A DNA stretch of 64,000 nucleotides from Enoplolaimus lenunculus (lineage: Eukaryota): assembly GCA_030248215.1 (NCBI GenBank), contig JASANG010002214.1, positions 186,001 through 250,000 of the forward strand, written 5' to 3'. The notes beneath the pieces were generated by a model, which made no database searches, was not told the DNA's origin, and saw nothing but the letters and a program-made list of their open reading frames with translations. Positions 1 through 46,854 of this stretch are shown one piece after another. A program made the translations under genes and the position numbers. Each line of letters opens with the position of its first letter. The first letter of the stretch is position 1.

Positions 1-164
1 CGTTCCCCCGTGCTTGTGAAGCAAAGCTTAATTGATACTTTATAGCCAAGCGCGGTCTAGTTTTGAGTCTTTATTTTTAGTCATGCTTAAAACATTCTAG
101 GTTGCCATCAAAATAGTGGACAAGACACAACTGAACGCGAGTAGTCTTCAAAAGGTATATACAT

Positions 165-500
165 CAGGGTGCAACCGGAATTATGGTTCCGGTATTTTTT
201 CACCTTCCGGTTCCGGTTCAGGTAAATTTTTACCGGATTTAAAAATTCCGGTGTTATAATTTGGCCGTTTTCTTAACTTTGCTAATTTTTAAGAATCTCT
301 TTTGAAAGCCACTTGTACTCCGAATATAAGCCAATGATGGTGGATTTCACTTCAGTCGACGACGAAAATCTAAAATACAACAAATAAAATAAATACCTAT
401 GTTCGACTAAGGTTGTTTCACAAATAATAGAGCAAAAAATACGATTAAAATGAAATTTTTGGTGAAATGCATTTTTCACTTTCCGGTTCCGGTAAAATTT
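165..500. mobile_element. hAT-like MITE, inverted and truncated copy of 10905-11301
   Basis: Starts CAGGGTGCAACCGGAATT; interior is near-identical to the reverse complement of 10981-11240 (twin 65-aa spurious ORFs); the other TIR is missing. Confidence 0.85.
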
Positions 501-872
501 TTGTTATATAACTAGTATCTTATCAATACTCGCTCTATATGAGGTAAAATAAATAGCTGTCTTGTGCAACTGCCACATATGCTGAACTGCAATAAAATAA
601 CCATGCTTAAAGCAGAGAATTACCTGGTGAGCTCACTGTGACTTTTTGTTTGCTTTGAATGTTTATATAACGTAAGTAAGTAGATTAGTGTTCAAGCTTG
701 AAGCTTGGTGCTTGGAATTGTTGATGTATACGTATATTGCTACAATAACACTTGTATTATTTATTAATGTTGGTAAAAGAAAATATCTTTAACAGCTTAT
801 TTGAATTGATTTATATACGTAATACATATGATTGTGAAACATGTGTCCAGTCTATAATGTGTTGTGTTTTAG

Positions 873-15819
<14,947 letters not shown>

Positions 15820-18223
15820 GTATTTGCTTCACAACTCTGCCGCTGTTCTTAGCGTGCAAGCATGTTTAATGTATTATTTGGATCACAGCACTGCGACCCA
15901 AACAGCGTTGTCTCCTGTGCAGTTAGCGGACACAGATCAAAATAATTACGTACAATATCTTTTTCCTTCAGTTGATTTCAACCAACATGTGCGAATGTGA
16001 CAAAATGGCGCATTATTGAGCAGGGGTGATACCGACCATTTGGATGAAACCGACTGATGGGCTGAACCAACGGTTACGGTGTAAGTGAACAGACTCCTGT
16101 TTCACGTCAGTTTTCCACAGACCGCTTGCTCACACACGTTCGGCGGCCAATAACAGCTTACCGTTTTGACTCGTTTTATTCCTTACCCGTTAACATTCAC
16201 AGATTTCCAAGATTTTGCGTGTAGGATAGAACGCGAAATACTTCGAAAAATATTGTGTTTATTGCAAAACAGTCGGAATTTATTTGGTTTGCTGATTATG
16301 CATGTCGGCTGCGGTAACCAACTTCTAGAAGTACTTGGATGGATACCATACAATTATTTTATATTATACGTCGCTTATGTTCTGTAAACTTGATTCGGCA
16401 TATACTGATATTCATCTTAGATGCTAAATGAATATGTACAGTCATAGATAGAATTAAGGCAATCGCCTTGCATTCCAAACCGCGGCTGTTATTGCGACTG
16501 CTCGTTTCTTGGACGCAATTGCTTGTAAACGCAATTTGAACTGCTCGTGGTACGGCGACTGGTGGCCAGCAAAGAAAATTCAGTCGACAGCAAAGAAAAT
16601 CAACCGCGATTTCTGGGTACTTGATTTTGTCCGTGACTGTACTTGTTTAGTTTCACGACAGCCTCGATTGATAATGGTATTGCTGTTGTTTAATTAATGT
16701 GTCCGTTTATTATTGTGCTACGTTGTTCTGACTGGTAGATATTCAAAACGCGGTCAGTAAGGATAGTATTTATATTAATATATTGTAATATGTATACTGT
16801 GTTGGCATTTTTTCAGCTACCCTAATGAATGTTTTTACTTTTATGATTACCGGTCGCTACTAGGTTTAGGAAACGGTAAAACGGCGTGGTGTATATTTGA
16901 TATACAATCGGAAGTAATTTGAAACGACCCCGTGATCTTTGAGAACAAGTGGGAATGGTCGCGTCGACGCATTTTAATTGTAACGATGGGATGAAAACAA
17001 AATTACGCTGGATATGCTGTCTAGGTTTGACATACTTTTGGTAGTATTTGACGTTATTGACGTTTCCACCGCGAAAAAAAAACTTTTCGTTAGAGATAGT
17101 AAGGTACTAAGCATTTCATTTGAATTCTCTGGGAAGTGTGCAAAATAATGTTTGTTGAGATGTCATGCACATTGAATTTTTTTCTGCTTTACGTGGAGCA
17201 GACCTTTTGTAATGTAACGTTCCTGTAAGATACTGTGAATACCCCACAGTGTTTTTGTACCGATTTTTACATTTTATAAAACCTAAATGTTTTCGCCGCA
17301 CGGTTTCATTGCTACATTTTTTTTGTTTTTAATTCACAAAGCATGTGTTCCACACTGTACTGCATGTTGCCCCTTTCGATGGGATTGTATGTACACACGG
17401 ACGTTTTTGGTAAATTCGGGGAACTAAACGTGTTGCTTATTGGACTTTCACAGCTGTATTGTGTTGAAATTTACGTTGTGTAGTATTTCTAAGTGTGGAA
17501 CGCGCAATCAATAACCATATGTTTTGACACTTGTGATAAAGTACGCAACTTTATAAATTAATGAAAGATCGTGTAAAAAAAGAAATGGTTAATTGATAAG
17601 GGAATTAGTTGAGCCCAAGATGACGCCTGTCATTAAAATTTTAGCACTAAAATTTATATGCTAATATTGCTAATATAGCTTTATTCATTGACATAGTATT
17701 ATTATATTTGCGTGTATTTTGTGCAACTGTAATATTCTGCAAATGTAAATTAGTTGTGTATATTTATCAAGCGGTTCATCAGATAATGTGATTGGGAGTA
17801 CAAACTCGCGTTATCTAAAATCGAGTGCACGTACCTGTATCGTTTGCTTAATCGCCTGGCCTACGTATATAAAAATAGATTATTCATTTTGGTAAATTTC
17901 TCTACTTTGTAGAACAGGGCCGTAGCTCATTTACAATCCGAAAAACTGTCCGCTACTGATCTATAGGTGGGATATTAGCTCTGCACGTTTTGTTTGATAT
18001 TTCTCAGCAAAATAGCTTTTAATCTGTTTAAATTGCCAAAAAATGATTTTGGTTGCCGGTGTTTGACATCCGTTATGTTTTTTGCATCTACATAGACTGA
18101 ATACTAATAATAGGTTGACGTGTTTGTCACATTTTTTGTAAAATCACTTCGTGTTGCTGTTTATAAATATTCATATTTCCAGTTGGAAACTATATTGTGT
18201 GTTGTGTGAACAGTATATGCTTC

Positions 18224-18229
18224 AATAAA
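18224..18229 (+). promoter_or_regulatory. Candidate poly(A) signal of par-1
   Basis: AATAAA at the end of a long U-rich tract after the stop codon, just before MITE-rich DNA resumes. Inference only. Confidence 0.3.
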
Positions 18230-19204
18230 TTTCTAATAGCTGCACAATTTTGACGAGCTGGTATAAAATTATACGCCGTTCGCTTATCCTTTTGCATATC
18301 AGGGGTTCTTAAGTTCGAAAAGGTAAGGTACAGCAATGGGAAACCAGAGGTAAATACCGGAGCCGGAAGTAAACAAAAGTCGGAGGCTAAGAGATTGGCA
18401 GTTGCCTAAAACAGGGTGTAGCCGGATATCCTATTAACTGTGCGTCCGTTGTGATAGAAGTACCCTGAATTCAGTCTGTTAAAATTTTCGCGATGTTCGA
18501 TTTGGAATAAAAACGGCATTTATTCGCAATCTTCAGCTTTTTGGTGTTTTAGCTGTCTTTGTATAAAGTTTGAATTAGCCGCGTGAATATTCGCATATTT
18601 CAATTGTAAATTGTCAAGTATGTTTTAAGATAGTTTCCCACCTTGAAAAATAGAAAGCCCCTTACACGTTTTTTTCGAATACACATCCTGATGTTTTTCA
18701 TATCCAGATATCTGTTGCCCATATATAAAATCATAATCACCTTGCGGGTGAGAGTACTTCCTTTAAAGCAACCGGTTAAAACAAGTGCTACGAAACAAAA
18801 ATTGATGTTCGGAAACCCCAAAAACAATCGCGTTTCGGATATCCGAAATAGAAAATTTAATTACGGATACCAGCATAAATGTGGAATTTCGTAATATATT
18901 CTCGTTCACATTTCTTGCATATACGTTCTTCAGCAACATCTTTATGTTCGATTAAGGTTTTGCAACCATTAAGCCACGTAGGTACCATAGAAACCTTATA
19001 GCTTAACAGCACACGATTAACGTTTTTTTAAATGTCAAGGGGATATTATCCCACTCGTCATTGTCCCTTTCCGGTTGTACCCCAATATCCGGATATTTTT
19101 CATATCCGGATTACCGGTGCCAATCTATAATTTCTGAATTTCAATTTTGGCCTTTGCAAGTATTTCACGTATAGTGTAAAATACGAGAACAAATAAACCA
19201 CTAC

Positions 19205-19210
19205 TTTATT
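19205..19210 (-). promoter_or_regulatory. Candidate poly(A) signal of pecanex
   Basis: TTTATT on + (AATAAA on -) about 1.55 kb after the stop codon. Inference only. Confidence 0.3.
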
Positions 19211-20758
19211 TTACATGACATCAACGTCGAACATAACAAAATATATAGCTCATAAACTACCACACCAATGATTACTGTTAACAACTGGCTTAAAGTGTCT
19301 TGATTATCCAGCGGTCAGAAAAAGAAACAATTCATTGTAAGTATTTAGCTTCGAAGTTGCGAATAACAAATAGGTGTCAAAAAATAAGTAAATTTCGAGA
19401 ATATTTCCTGTATAATACCCCTTAATTTTTTGCATAAAAAATAATAAACTCAGAATTTTACTGAAGCCAACCTCCGGCTTAACGGTAAAATTTTTGTCAA
19501 ATTATCGGCCTCGGTGTCGGGATTTTGAGCCTCGGCGGTTTGAAACCAAGAACAAAAGTCGAGGATTCAACATGCCAAAAAACTACGAAAGTTAACGCAT
19601 TAACAATTTTATTTTGGAAATTTTGATTTTTTTCGGTGATCTCAAAAAATTGACCGACCGAGGCTGAGACTTTTCATGGCCGGTCCCTGTAGTCAGGTCT
19701 CGATCTTAGTTTTTAACCGAGAATACCCATCACTATTATTCATTGAGATTGTGATGCCGATATCTTTAATATTTTACACAAAAAGAAACTTGAAAATAAA
19801 TTTTTTGTATAAAATAATTTTGCTTTATCCCATACTGACCTTTGGCTTCGGTATTTTTCATTTCCGACTGCACCCTGCGTGTATCTGTATACGCAACTTT
19901 CGGAGTTAAGTATTCTCAATTACTGTTACTGTTTCCGTCTTCCAAATACGAAAATATTGGGCGACTGTTTGTTTAGGCATAAATTTAACAGGTACTCGCG
20001 TAATTATCACATACATTGGCAATTGATCCTTGATAAATATACCGTATAAATATAATGGCACTCTAGTAAAATAAAATCAACTGTATACATCCACGCGTAC
20101 TTTAACACACGTGTTTCAACTAATCATTATATATTCAACAAAGTTCTGTTTTCTTTACACGCCATCTAATCACAGTCAATGTTAAAGCAGACGTTGAAAC
20201 CTCCTGAACAATAATTTACGTTTGAGACGACCCAATTACCAAGATGCGAAAAATTGTTGTTCAAGATACGACACATCCTGCATTGATATACAGTTGATTA
20301 ATTGATTAATATAATGTGGAATATAAACAAAAGATTCATATTATACACTCAAAGCGCCTCGCTTATTAGGTTGTACTCAATACCTCCGGTTCCTCACATA
20401 TCTGCACAATCTTGGTACGCACGTACTTGGTGCTTTTTTTGTCGGTCGCAAATAGAAAATGCGATTTGAAAGCCATATTTGAATGCCTGAGAATATTTTT
20501 GGTAAAAACAATGTCTATTTAGTATTTAGTTAAACTGAAACATACAAATTATGAAATACGGCTGAACACTACTATGCCCTGCTAAATATTGCGTTGCACG
20601 GAAGAAATTATAAATTAATATTGAAAAACAATTCGTTATCGATCTTTGTAAGCAATTCGATCCACAGTCTCTCTGCATGCTCGTGTCACAAATCAAATAT
20701 TTTATGCCTGGTCAAGATTTTGTGCCGTATTGTTCATGTTTACTGACTTTAGATTATT

Positions 20759-39036
<18,278 letters not shown>

Positions 39037-40336
39037 GGTGAGAATATCCTATGATTGAAACTGCTTGCATATAATACACTCACAATTCAATATGACGAAA
39101 TATTACAACCAGTGTAATGTGTATTTTTAATTCTTGATTAACAATAAGTAATCGGTCCTTAAGGTTGTCACACTAAAGCAAAACGAACATATAATGTAAC
39201 AACTAATTTTAATTCAATACACTAATCTAGTTTTGCGCGAGTCAAACACTTAAACATTTCATATCTGAATGCTACATTCGATTAACATGCGGTTCTGGTT
39301 CCGATAAAAAGATCGCTATCGGTTCCTGTATCCTGTAAAGAGTATTCGGTTGCATTTGGCTTATGTTCACATTTTCAGTCTCAATAGTGAATCAGCTAAT
39401 ATTGACTGCCGCGATGGTAGATTGAACAAAATTAGATTTTAAAAGAAAAAGGCAAAAGCAATGAAAACAAAGAAAATTAAAATAATATAAAATTTAATAA
39501 AATTATGCAAATTAGGATGTTCTGGAAGGCGATTAGCATATGTACGTATATGTCAGTCCAGTTTGGAAGAATTATAAGAACAGTTGTACATTTTGGTTTC
39601 GATAATAAGGATTATGTTATTTCCGTATCAGGTTTGAAATAATGTTTGGGTTAATTTTGGATTTTGAAGTTTGGCAAGCATTGGAGACCGTGAGTTAGAA
39701 CTTTGGTCAGTAAGTTGCTTTATGACTGAATTTATAGTCCACTGTCATGTGTGTGCAATATTTCTGTTATTCCCGTTTCGGTGTGCTAAGCGCCGGAGCT
39801 TGCGTGATCTACGCAGTGCGTTTAGCGGGTGCACCGGTTCTCGGATTCTAAATGCTTATCGGACCGTAATAATTTACTTCAAACACCCAGTAGTACAGGT
39901 GACACGGTGAATAGGTAAAACAACCTACGCAAACACTTAGGAATTGGATTTAACATAGTTGCCGACGTGTTTAAACCGTAACGTAGGCTTAAGCCAAGTT
40001 AGTAGCGAGACGTTACATAAAAACTGTATTATAACAACTGCCATAGAATAACATTGTGAATTGTATAACCGTAACAGTTCCTTGTGTATAAACGTTCTTT
40101 AGTAAATTCTTAAAACGGGCCGTGCCGTTGGTGAAGATCGATCAAGCTCGTATCATAGATCCCGACCTTGGCCGTTTACTTAAAAATCCGACATGGTGAG
40201 CATGATGGCCTGCGATAGATCTAACGGATAACGGTGTGTTTAAAGGATTGAAGATCTAACGGATAACGGTGTGTTTAAAGGATTGACTCGAGAACATAAA
40301 TAAAAACTTTTATTATCTTACACTAGCACATGTAAA

Positions 40337-41760
40337 ATGCCCTCAAAACGTAACAGAAAATAGAACTCCATCACGAAAAATAATACGCAGTATGACCGGT
40401 AAAACCCAGATGGGTGGAACTGTTAGTAATGCCCAAAAATCACCGACATAGTCGGCAGAATCAGAACCGAAATGCGCGGGGTTAACAAATCCCTAAAAAC
40501 CGGAAACAATGCCCAGAATAATTTCGAAGCAGCTAAAAAAGCTGGTAAATATGTTCCGAAAAATGTTCAAATATCTCTACAAGTCAGAATGCTAGTAAAG
40601 GCATGCAGTCCAATGAATCGTATGCTACATATACGCCGAGAACTCGAAATTTTCCGAACTCTATTACTAGTGGAGTTGTAAGCACAACCTTAAATAGAAA
40701 CGTTACCTGGACTAACCATCCGAGAAAATCCCAATACATTTTCACACAGTCGCTAACACATTTACCCGTATTAGTATCAAAACCCCGTATTAGTCTCAAA
40801 ACAAAACAATGCCTGAACGCAGAAGCCGCAGCTCAAGAACTGCAAACAACACAATTTCATGATACAACGGCATTTCAGCAACAACACAAGCCTATATCTG
40901 GAAGAACCTATCACGCAGCAATTTACACGGACTTTAAGTCCGGAACAATTAAGTATGTTTTGAGAATTGTATTGCAATCAGCAAGATACTTATATTAGAA
41001 ATAATACGCAGACGAGATACGGTGTACTTACAACGCCGCGAATGACAGAACAAATGCAAACATTCCGGAGCTTGTTTCTAATGTGAACGGACGGGACATA
41101 TTGCTCGGAACTGCGAAAAAGGTATGGCAGCTTTAAAATACCGTGCAAGAAATTTGAAAAAGGCAGGCGACCAAGGGGGGACATCGCCGATAAACCAAAG
41201 TGATGTCACCGCCTGCAAATATTGTACGAAACCTAGCCATAAGGCTGAAACCTATTTCTATCGCTTAGATCGAATGGCAAACAAATCAAACAATAACTCG
41301 AATAACACGGTGAATAATACCAAAATACCAAGAAATCAGGACGACACGGCTTCTGATAATAATATCACTAGTGCGTTCACGTTCCGGATGTAAACCATCC
41401 TCAATTATCAATGCCTACAGATTTGCGCATTCGGAAGTTGCATGAAAAACCTATAGTGTGTTAATTCTATTCCAGCAAATAAAATTTTAATGGCAATTTT
41501 AGAAACTGGTCACCAAACAACAGGAATGCACATAGAAATTGGTATCGGAGTTATTTGTTAACCAGTACAGTAGATATTGGCGCTAATATTAGCCTAATGC
41601 AAGTTGCTATTTACCCCAAAATCTTTTTCGGATATACCGCTCAATACGGATAATATCATTACATGCAAGTCCTATGATGGCAAACGGAACTACAACACCT
41701 GGGATATATCAAACAGCAGATAACTATTGGGAAAACTACAAAATTATCAACTATACATGT
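40337..41760 (+). pseudogene. Degenerate gag (two CCHC zinc knuckles) and aspartic protease remnant
   Basis: 41073-41114 reads C-F-*-C-E-R-T-G-H-I-A-R-N-C. In the same frame, 41214-41255 reads CKYCTKPSHKAETY (last Cys lost). 41570-41599 reads VDIGANISLM, a DTGA-like protease site, in another frame. Many stops; outer boundaries approximate. Confidence 0.7.
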
Positions 41761-42814
41761 ATCACCGGTACAACAAGCCGCAGTGCATATTGGCAACAAC
41801 ATTTATTATAATGTTAATGTTGTTGATCTACTGTTACTGTGAATTCGAAGGTAATACCTTCATGGCGCTTACGGCAAATTTTGAAGAACGGTAAAATAAC
41901 TTTTGAGTATGTTCCGAAATTTACAGTGTCATCGCAGCACATTGCCGCCTCGGAAGTACAAAGAGATATTACGTATAAACATCGCCACACTTTACAGGTA
42001 AATGATAATACAATACGTTTAGTACTGGTTAGGCGCCAGTAAACTTGGTTATTAAGCCAAGGCAAATACAAAGTAATCTGCATGGAACAATACACATTAA
42101 GAACTCACGTACAGCAGCATAAATTCACAGAGAACTAACAGACGTGAAAGACATACCAACTAATACGGCAATAATTAAAACGGTGAATGAAATACCGCTG
42201 CCTAGTACGAGGTCGTTAACAAATAACAATAAATCAAATGGTGTAGCAGTTACAAATACCCCACACAAAAGAAAACATTGCAGAAATATTATGTTTGTAA
42301 AACGGAAAAAATTCCGAGAGGTGCATACAACTGGAGTAGTGAAGCAACATAAACTAAATGAAGTCCACCGCGTGGTTTGTGCACGACGGCGTAGAAACGG
42401 CATATATATTGCCGTGAAAAAATATGCCGAAATCATCCGAGACAGTAAACACTACTCGTCAGATAAATTAGGAAATACGTTCAATGAACTGTTTCGGCGG
42501 ATTGACAAAACTTCGCAGGAATATAACCCTGCTATAACTTGAACAATTACTGTACCAAATTTTAATACTTTTTATTAACTTCATGCGAGAATTTGCCCTA
42601 ATATTGAAAAATTTGTGGCTTGAAATTAGAAGCCAAAATTACCTAACAAAGTTTAATAACGGCGGCAATGTCGTTGTTTAAATAATGGCTGTGCAAATAA
42701 AAAGCCAAACGCACAAATGTACGAAAATGGTGTCAAAACCATTAAAAACCAAGATGAATATGATTGGATCACATTAAAGTGACTCGGTAGCAACAACTGG
42801 TAAGTGGTAAGTGC

Positions 42815-43190
42815 GTAGTAATCGGCACTTTTCGTGAGTATCGCATCGGCCCTGCAAAAAATTGCCGATTCTTTGCCGATACTTGTTGCACATAACAGAC
42901 AGTTTGAATGCTATCAATTTCATTTGTGGGCGCACATCAGTGTGGCCGGTCAGGAAAGCTGATATCTTGCTTGCGTTAGTTTGACAAAATTAATTGAAAT
43001 GAACCGTTCATCTAAAATTTTGATCGTTTATGACGGTTATGGTTTGAATCTTCATATAATGATGTAATGTAGTATCCCATCTGTTCATTAAGCATGGTGT
43101 ACTAAAGTTGGAATCGGCATCGCATCGGATCGGCAAAATTTCAAAATAAGAATCGACATCGGTACAAGTTTTGGTATCGGCAGATTCCTA
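42815..43190. mobile_element. Probable MITE with ATCGGC repeats inside the retroelement interior
   Basis: Clustered ATCGGC/GCCGAT motifs at both ends; the segment is absent from the second internal copy. Confidence 0.45.
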
Positions 43191-46100
43191 GTAAAAACGC
43201 CTATAAAACTGTATATTTTTAGCTAGAACCAAGTCAGTGTTAATATCTAAAAAAATTTGTTTTTCGTTATTTGTGTTGCTTGTGTTAATCATATAAAGAT
43301 TTCATCTGTTTTGTTGTGTTTTTTTCGCATGTAAAAATAATTGCAGTGATTGTTGTTTTCCGCCAAGAAGGCGATATTTCAGTAATTTTCAGGTAGCAGG
43401 CAACAAGGAAATAAAAGAAGGAGTGGGTGGAAAAAGCAAAACGAGGGAGCGGAGGAAGGAAGGAAAAAACAACGTCATGGGTCGACGTTTGGCGACAAGA
43501 AGGATCTAGTATATGGACTTACTATCAATGACATAACTAGGGTTCAATGGCCACGTCAGGGCGAGAAACAAAACAGGCAAAATAAAAAGAAAAAGGCAAA
43601 AGCAATGAAAACAAAGAAAATTAAAATAATATAAAATTTTATAAAATTATGCAAATTAGGATGTTCTGGAAGGCGATTAGCATATGTACGTATATGTCAG
43701 TCCAGTTTGGAAGAATTATAAGAACAGTTGTACATTTTGGTTTCGATAATAAGGATTGTGTTATTTCCGTATCAGGTTTGAAATAATGTTTGGGTTAATT
43801 TTGGATTTTGGAGTTTGGCAAGCATTGGAGACCGTGAGTTAGAACTTTGGTCAGTAAGTTGCTTTATGACTGAATTTATAGTCCACTGTCATGTGTGTGC
43901 AATATTTCAGTTATTCCCGTTTCGGTGTGCTAAGCGCCGGAGCTTGCGTGATCTACGCAGTGCGTTTAGCGGGTGCACCGGTTCTCGGATTCTAAATGCT
44001 TAACGGACCGTAATAATTTACTTCAAACACCCAGTAGTACAGGTGACACGGTGAATAGGTAAAACAACCTACGCAAACACTTAGGCATTGGATTTAACAT
44101 AGTTGCCGACGTGTTTAAACCGTAACGTAGGCTTAAGCCAAGTTAGTAGCGAGACGTTACATAAAAACTGTATTATAACAACTGCCATAGAATAACATTG
44201 TGAATTGTATAACCGTAACAGTTCCTTGTGTATAAACGTTCTTTAGTAAATTCTTAAAACCGGCCGTGCCGTTGGTGAAGATCGATCAAGCACCTTGGCC
44301 GTTTACTTAAAAATCCGACATGGTGACCACGATGGCCTGTGATCGATCTAACGGATAACGGTGTGTTTAAAGGATTGACTCGAGCACATAAATAAAAACT
44401 TTTATTATCTTACACTAGCACATGTAAAATGCCCTCAAAACGTAACAGAAAATAGAACTCCATCACGAAAAATAATACGCAGTATGACCGGTAAAACCCA
44501 GATGGGTGGAACTGTTAGTAATGCCCAAAAATCACCGACATAGGTCGGCAGAATCAGAACCGAAATGCGCAGGGTTAACAAATCCCTAAAAACCGGAAAC
44601 AATGCACAGAATAATTTCGATGCAGCTAAAAAAGCTGGTAAATATGTTCCGAAAAATGTTCAAACATCTTGTATCTCCGGTACAACAAGCCGCAGTGCTT
44701 ATTGGCAACAACATTTTTTATAATGTTAATGTTGTTTTAAACTATAATAGATCTACTGTTACTGTGAATTCGAAGATAATACCTTCATGGCGCTTACGGC
44801 AAATTTTGAAGAACGGTAAAATAACTTTTGAGTATGTTCCGAAATTTACAGTGTCATCGCAGCACATTGCCGCCTCGGAAGTACAAAGAGATATTACGTA
44901 TAAACATCGCCACACTTTACAGGTAAATGATAATACAATACGTTTAGTACTGGTTAGGCGCCAGTAAACTTGGTTATTAAGCCAAGGCAAATACAAACTA
45001 ATCTGCATGGAACAATACACATTAAGAACTCACGTACAGCAGCATAAATTCACAGAGAACTAACAGACGTGAAAGACATACCAACTAATACGGCAATAAT
45101 TAAAACGGTGAATGAAATACCGCTGCCTAGTACGAGGTCGTTAACAAATAACAATAAATCAAATGGCGTGTCAGTTACAAATACCCCACACAAAAGAAAA
45201 CATTGCAGAAATATTATGTTTGTAAAACGGAAAAAATTCCGATAGGTACATACAACTGGAGTAGTGAAGCAACATAAACTAAATGAAGTCCACCGCGTGG
45301 ATTGTGCACGACGGCATAGAAACGGCATTTATATTGCCGTGTAAAAATATGCCGAAATCATCCGATACAGTAAAACACTGCTAGTCAGATAAATTAGGAA
45401 ATACGTTCAATGAACTGTTTTGGTGGATTGACAAAACTTCGCAGGAATATAACCCTGCTATAACTTGAACAATTACTGTACAAAATTTTAATAGTTTTTA
45501 TTAAGTTCATGCGAGAATTTGCCCTAATATTGAAAAATTAGTGGCTTGAAATTAGAAGCCAAAATTACCTAACAAAGTTTAATAACGGCGGCAATGTCGT
45601 TGTTTAAATAATGGCTGTGCAAATAAAAAGCCAGACGCTTCAGTAATTTTCAGGTAGCAGGCAACAAGGAAATAAAAGAAGGAGTGGGTGGAAAAAGCAA
45701 AACGAGGGAGCGGAGGAAGGAAGGAAAAAACAACGTCATGGGTCGACGTTTGGCGACAAGAAGGATCTAGTATATGGACTTACTATCAATGACATAACTA
45801 GGGTTCAATGGCCACGTCAGGGCGAGAAACAAAACAGGCAAAATAAAAAGAAAAAGGCAAAAGCAATGAAAACAAAGAAAATTGAAATACCATATGAAAT
45901 TTTATAAAATTATGCAAATTAGGATGTATTGGGGGCGATTAGCCCATAAATGTATATGTCAATCTAGTTTCGAAGAATTGTAGGAACAGTTATAGATTTT
46001 AGTTTCGATAACAAGGATTGTGTTCTTTCCGTATCAGGCTTGAAATACCTACTGTTTGGGTTAATTTTGGATTTCGGAGTTTGGCAAGCATCGGACACGG

Positions 46101-46488
46101 TGAGTTAGAACTTTGGTCAGTAAGTTGCTTTACGATTGAATTTAGGTCCACTGTCATGTGCGTGCAATATTTCTGGAATTTCGGCTTCGGTGTACTAAAA
46201 TCCGGAGCTTGCGTGGTCTAGGCAGTGCGTTTAGCGGGTGCACCGGTTCTCGGATTCTATATGTTCATCACACCATAGATAATTTACTTCAAACACCGAA
46301 TAATACTACAGTGACACGGTGAATAACCCAAAAACTGGTAAAACCATCTACTCAAACACTCAGGCATTGTAAGCATATGACATGCTTGTTCTAGTGCATA
46401 TGCAATATATATGCAATGCACATTGTGTACTATGCTTGCCGGAAGCATACGGTCGAAACATATAGTCGACGAAAAATGGAGTTGGACA

Positions 46489-46573
46489 GGCGGGCTGCGT
46501 GGCGCAGCGGTGGTGTGTTCGCTTAAGGATCCGTAGCCTGAGAGTTCGATCCCTGTTCTGGAGGCCCGCTTTT
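46489..46573 (+). ncRNA. tRNA-derived Pol III cassette in TRIM LTR1 (pseudo-tRNA)
   Basis: A box TGGCGCAGCGG (from 46500), B box GAGTTCGATCCC (46542-46553), closing stem GCGGGC/GCCCGC, then TTTT. No intact cloverleaf. Confidence 0.65.
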
Positions 46574-46854
46574 CCAGCTGCTTAGTAAAAAGGTCTGATG
46601 TACTGGTTCCTACCTAGACTGACATGGGGGCTACGCCGTGAGCGCAATGGTAAACTGCCGTGCTATGAGCACGGTATCCAGTCGAAAATAGGATGGACGG
46701 TCAAGGGACGACCTTGCTGAAAATTGGGGCATGTAAACATATGAGACATGCTTGTTCTGGTGCATATGCAATATATATGCCATGCACATTGTGTAGTATG
46801 CTTGCCAGAAGCATACGGTCGACACATATATTCGACGAAAAATGCAGTTGGACA

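Noticed and set aside
282..479. Twin 65-aa ORFs (282-479 and 10981-11178) as a duplicated small gene
   Set aside because: Both lie inside MITE copies in par-1 introns; no recognisable domain.
44091..44115. GATTTAACA|TAGTTGCCGAC as the host LTR end and PBS
   Set aside because: CCGACA|TGGTGACCACGA at 44320 fits a tRNA 3' end better and follows TATAAA and AGTAAA signals; the boundary remains somewhat uncertain.
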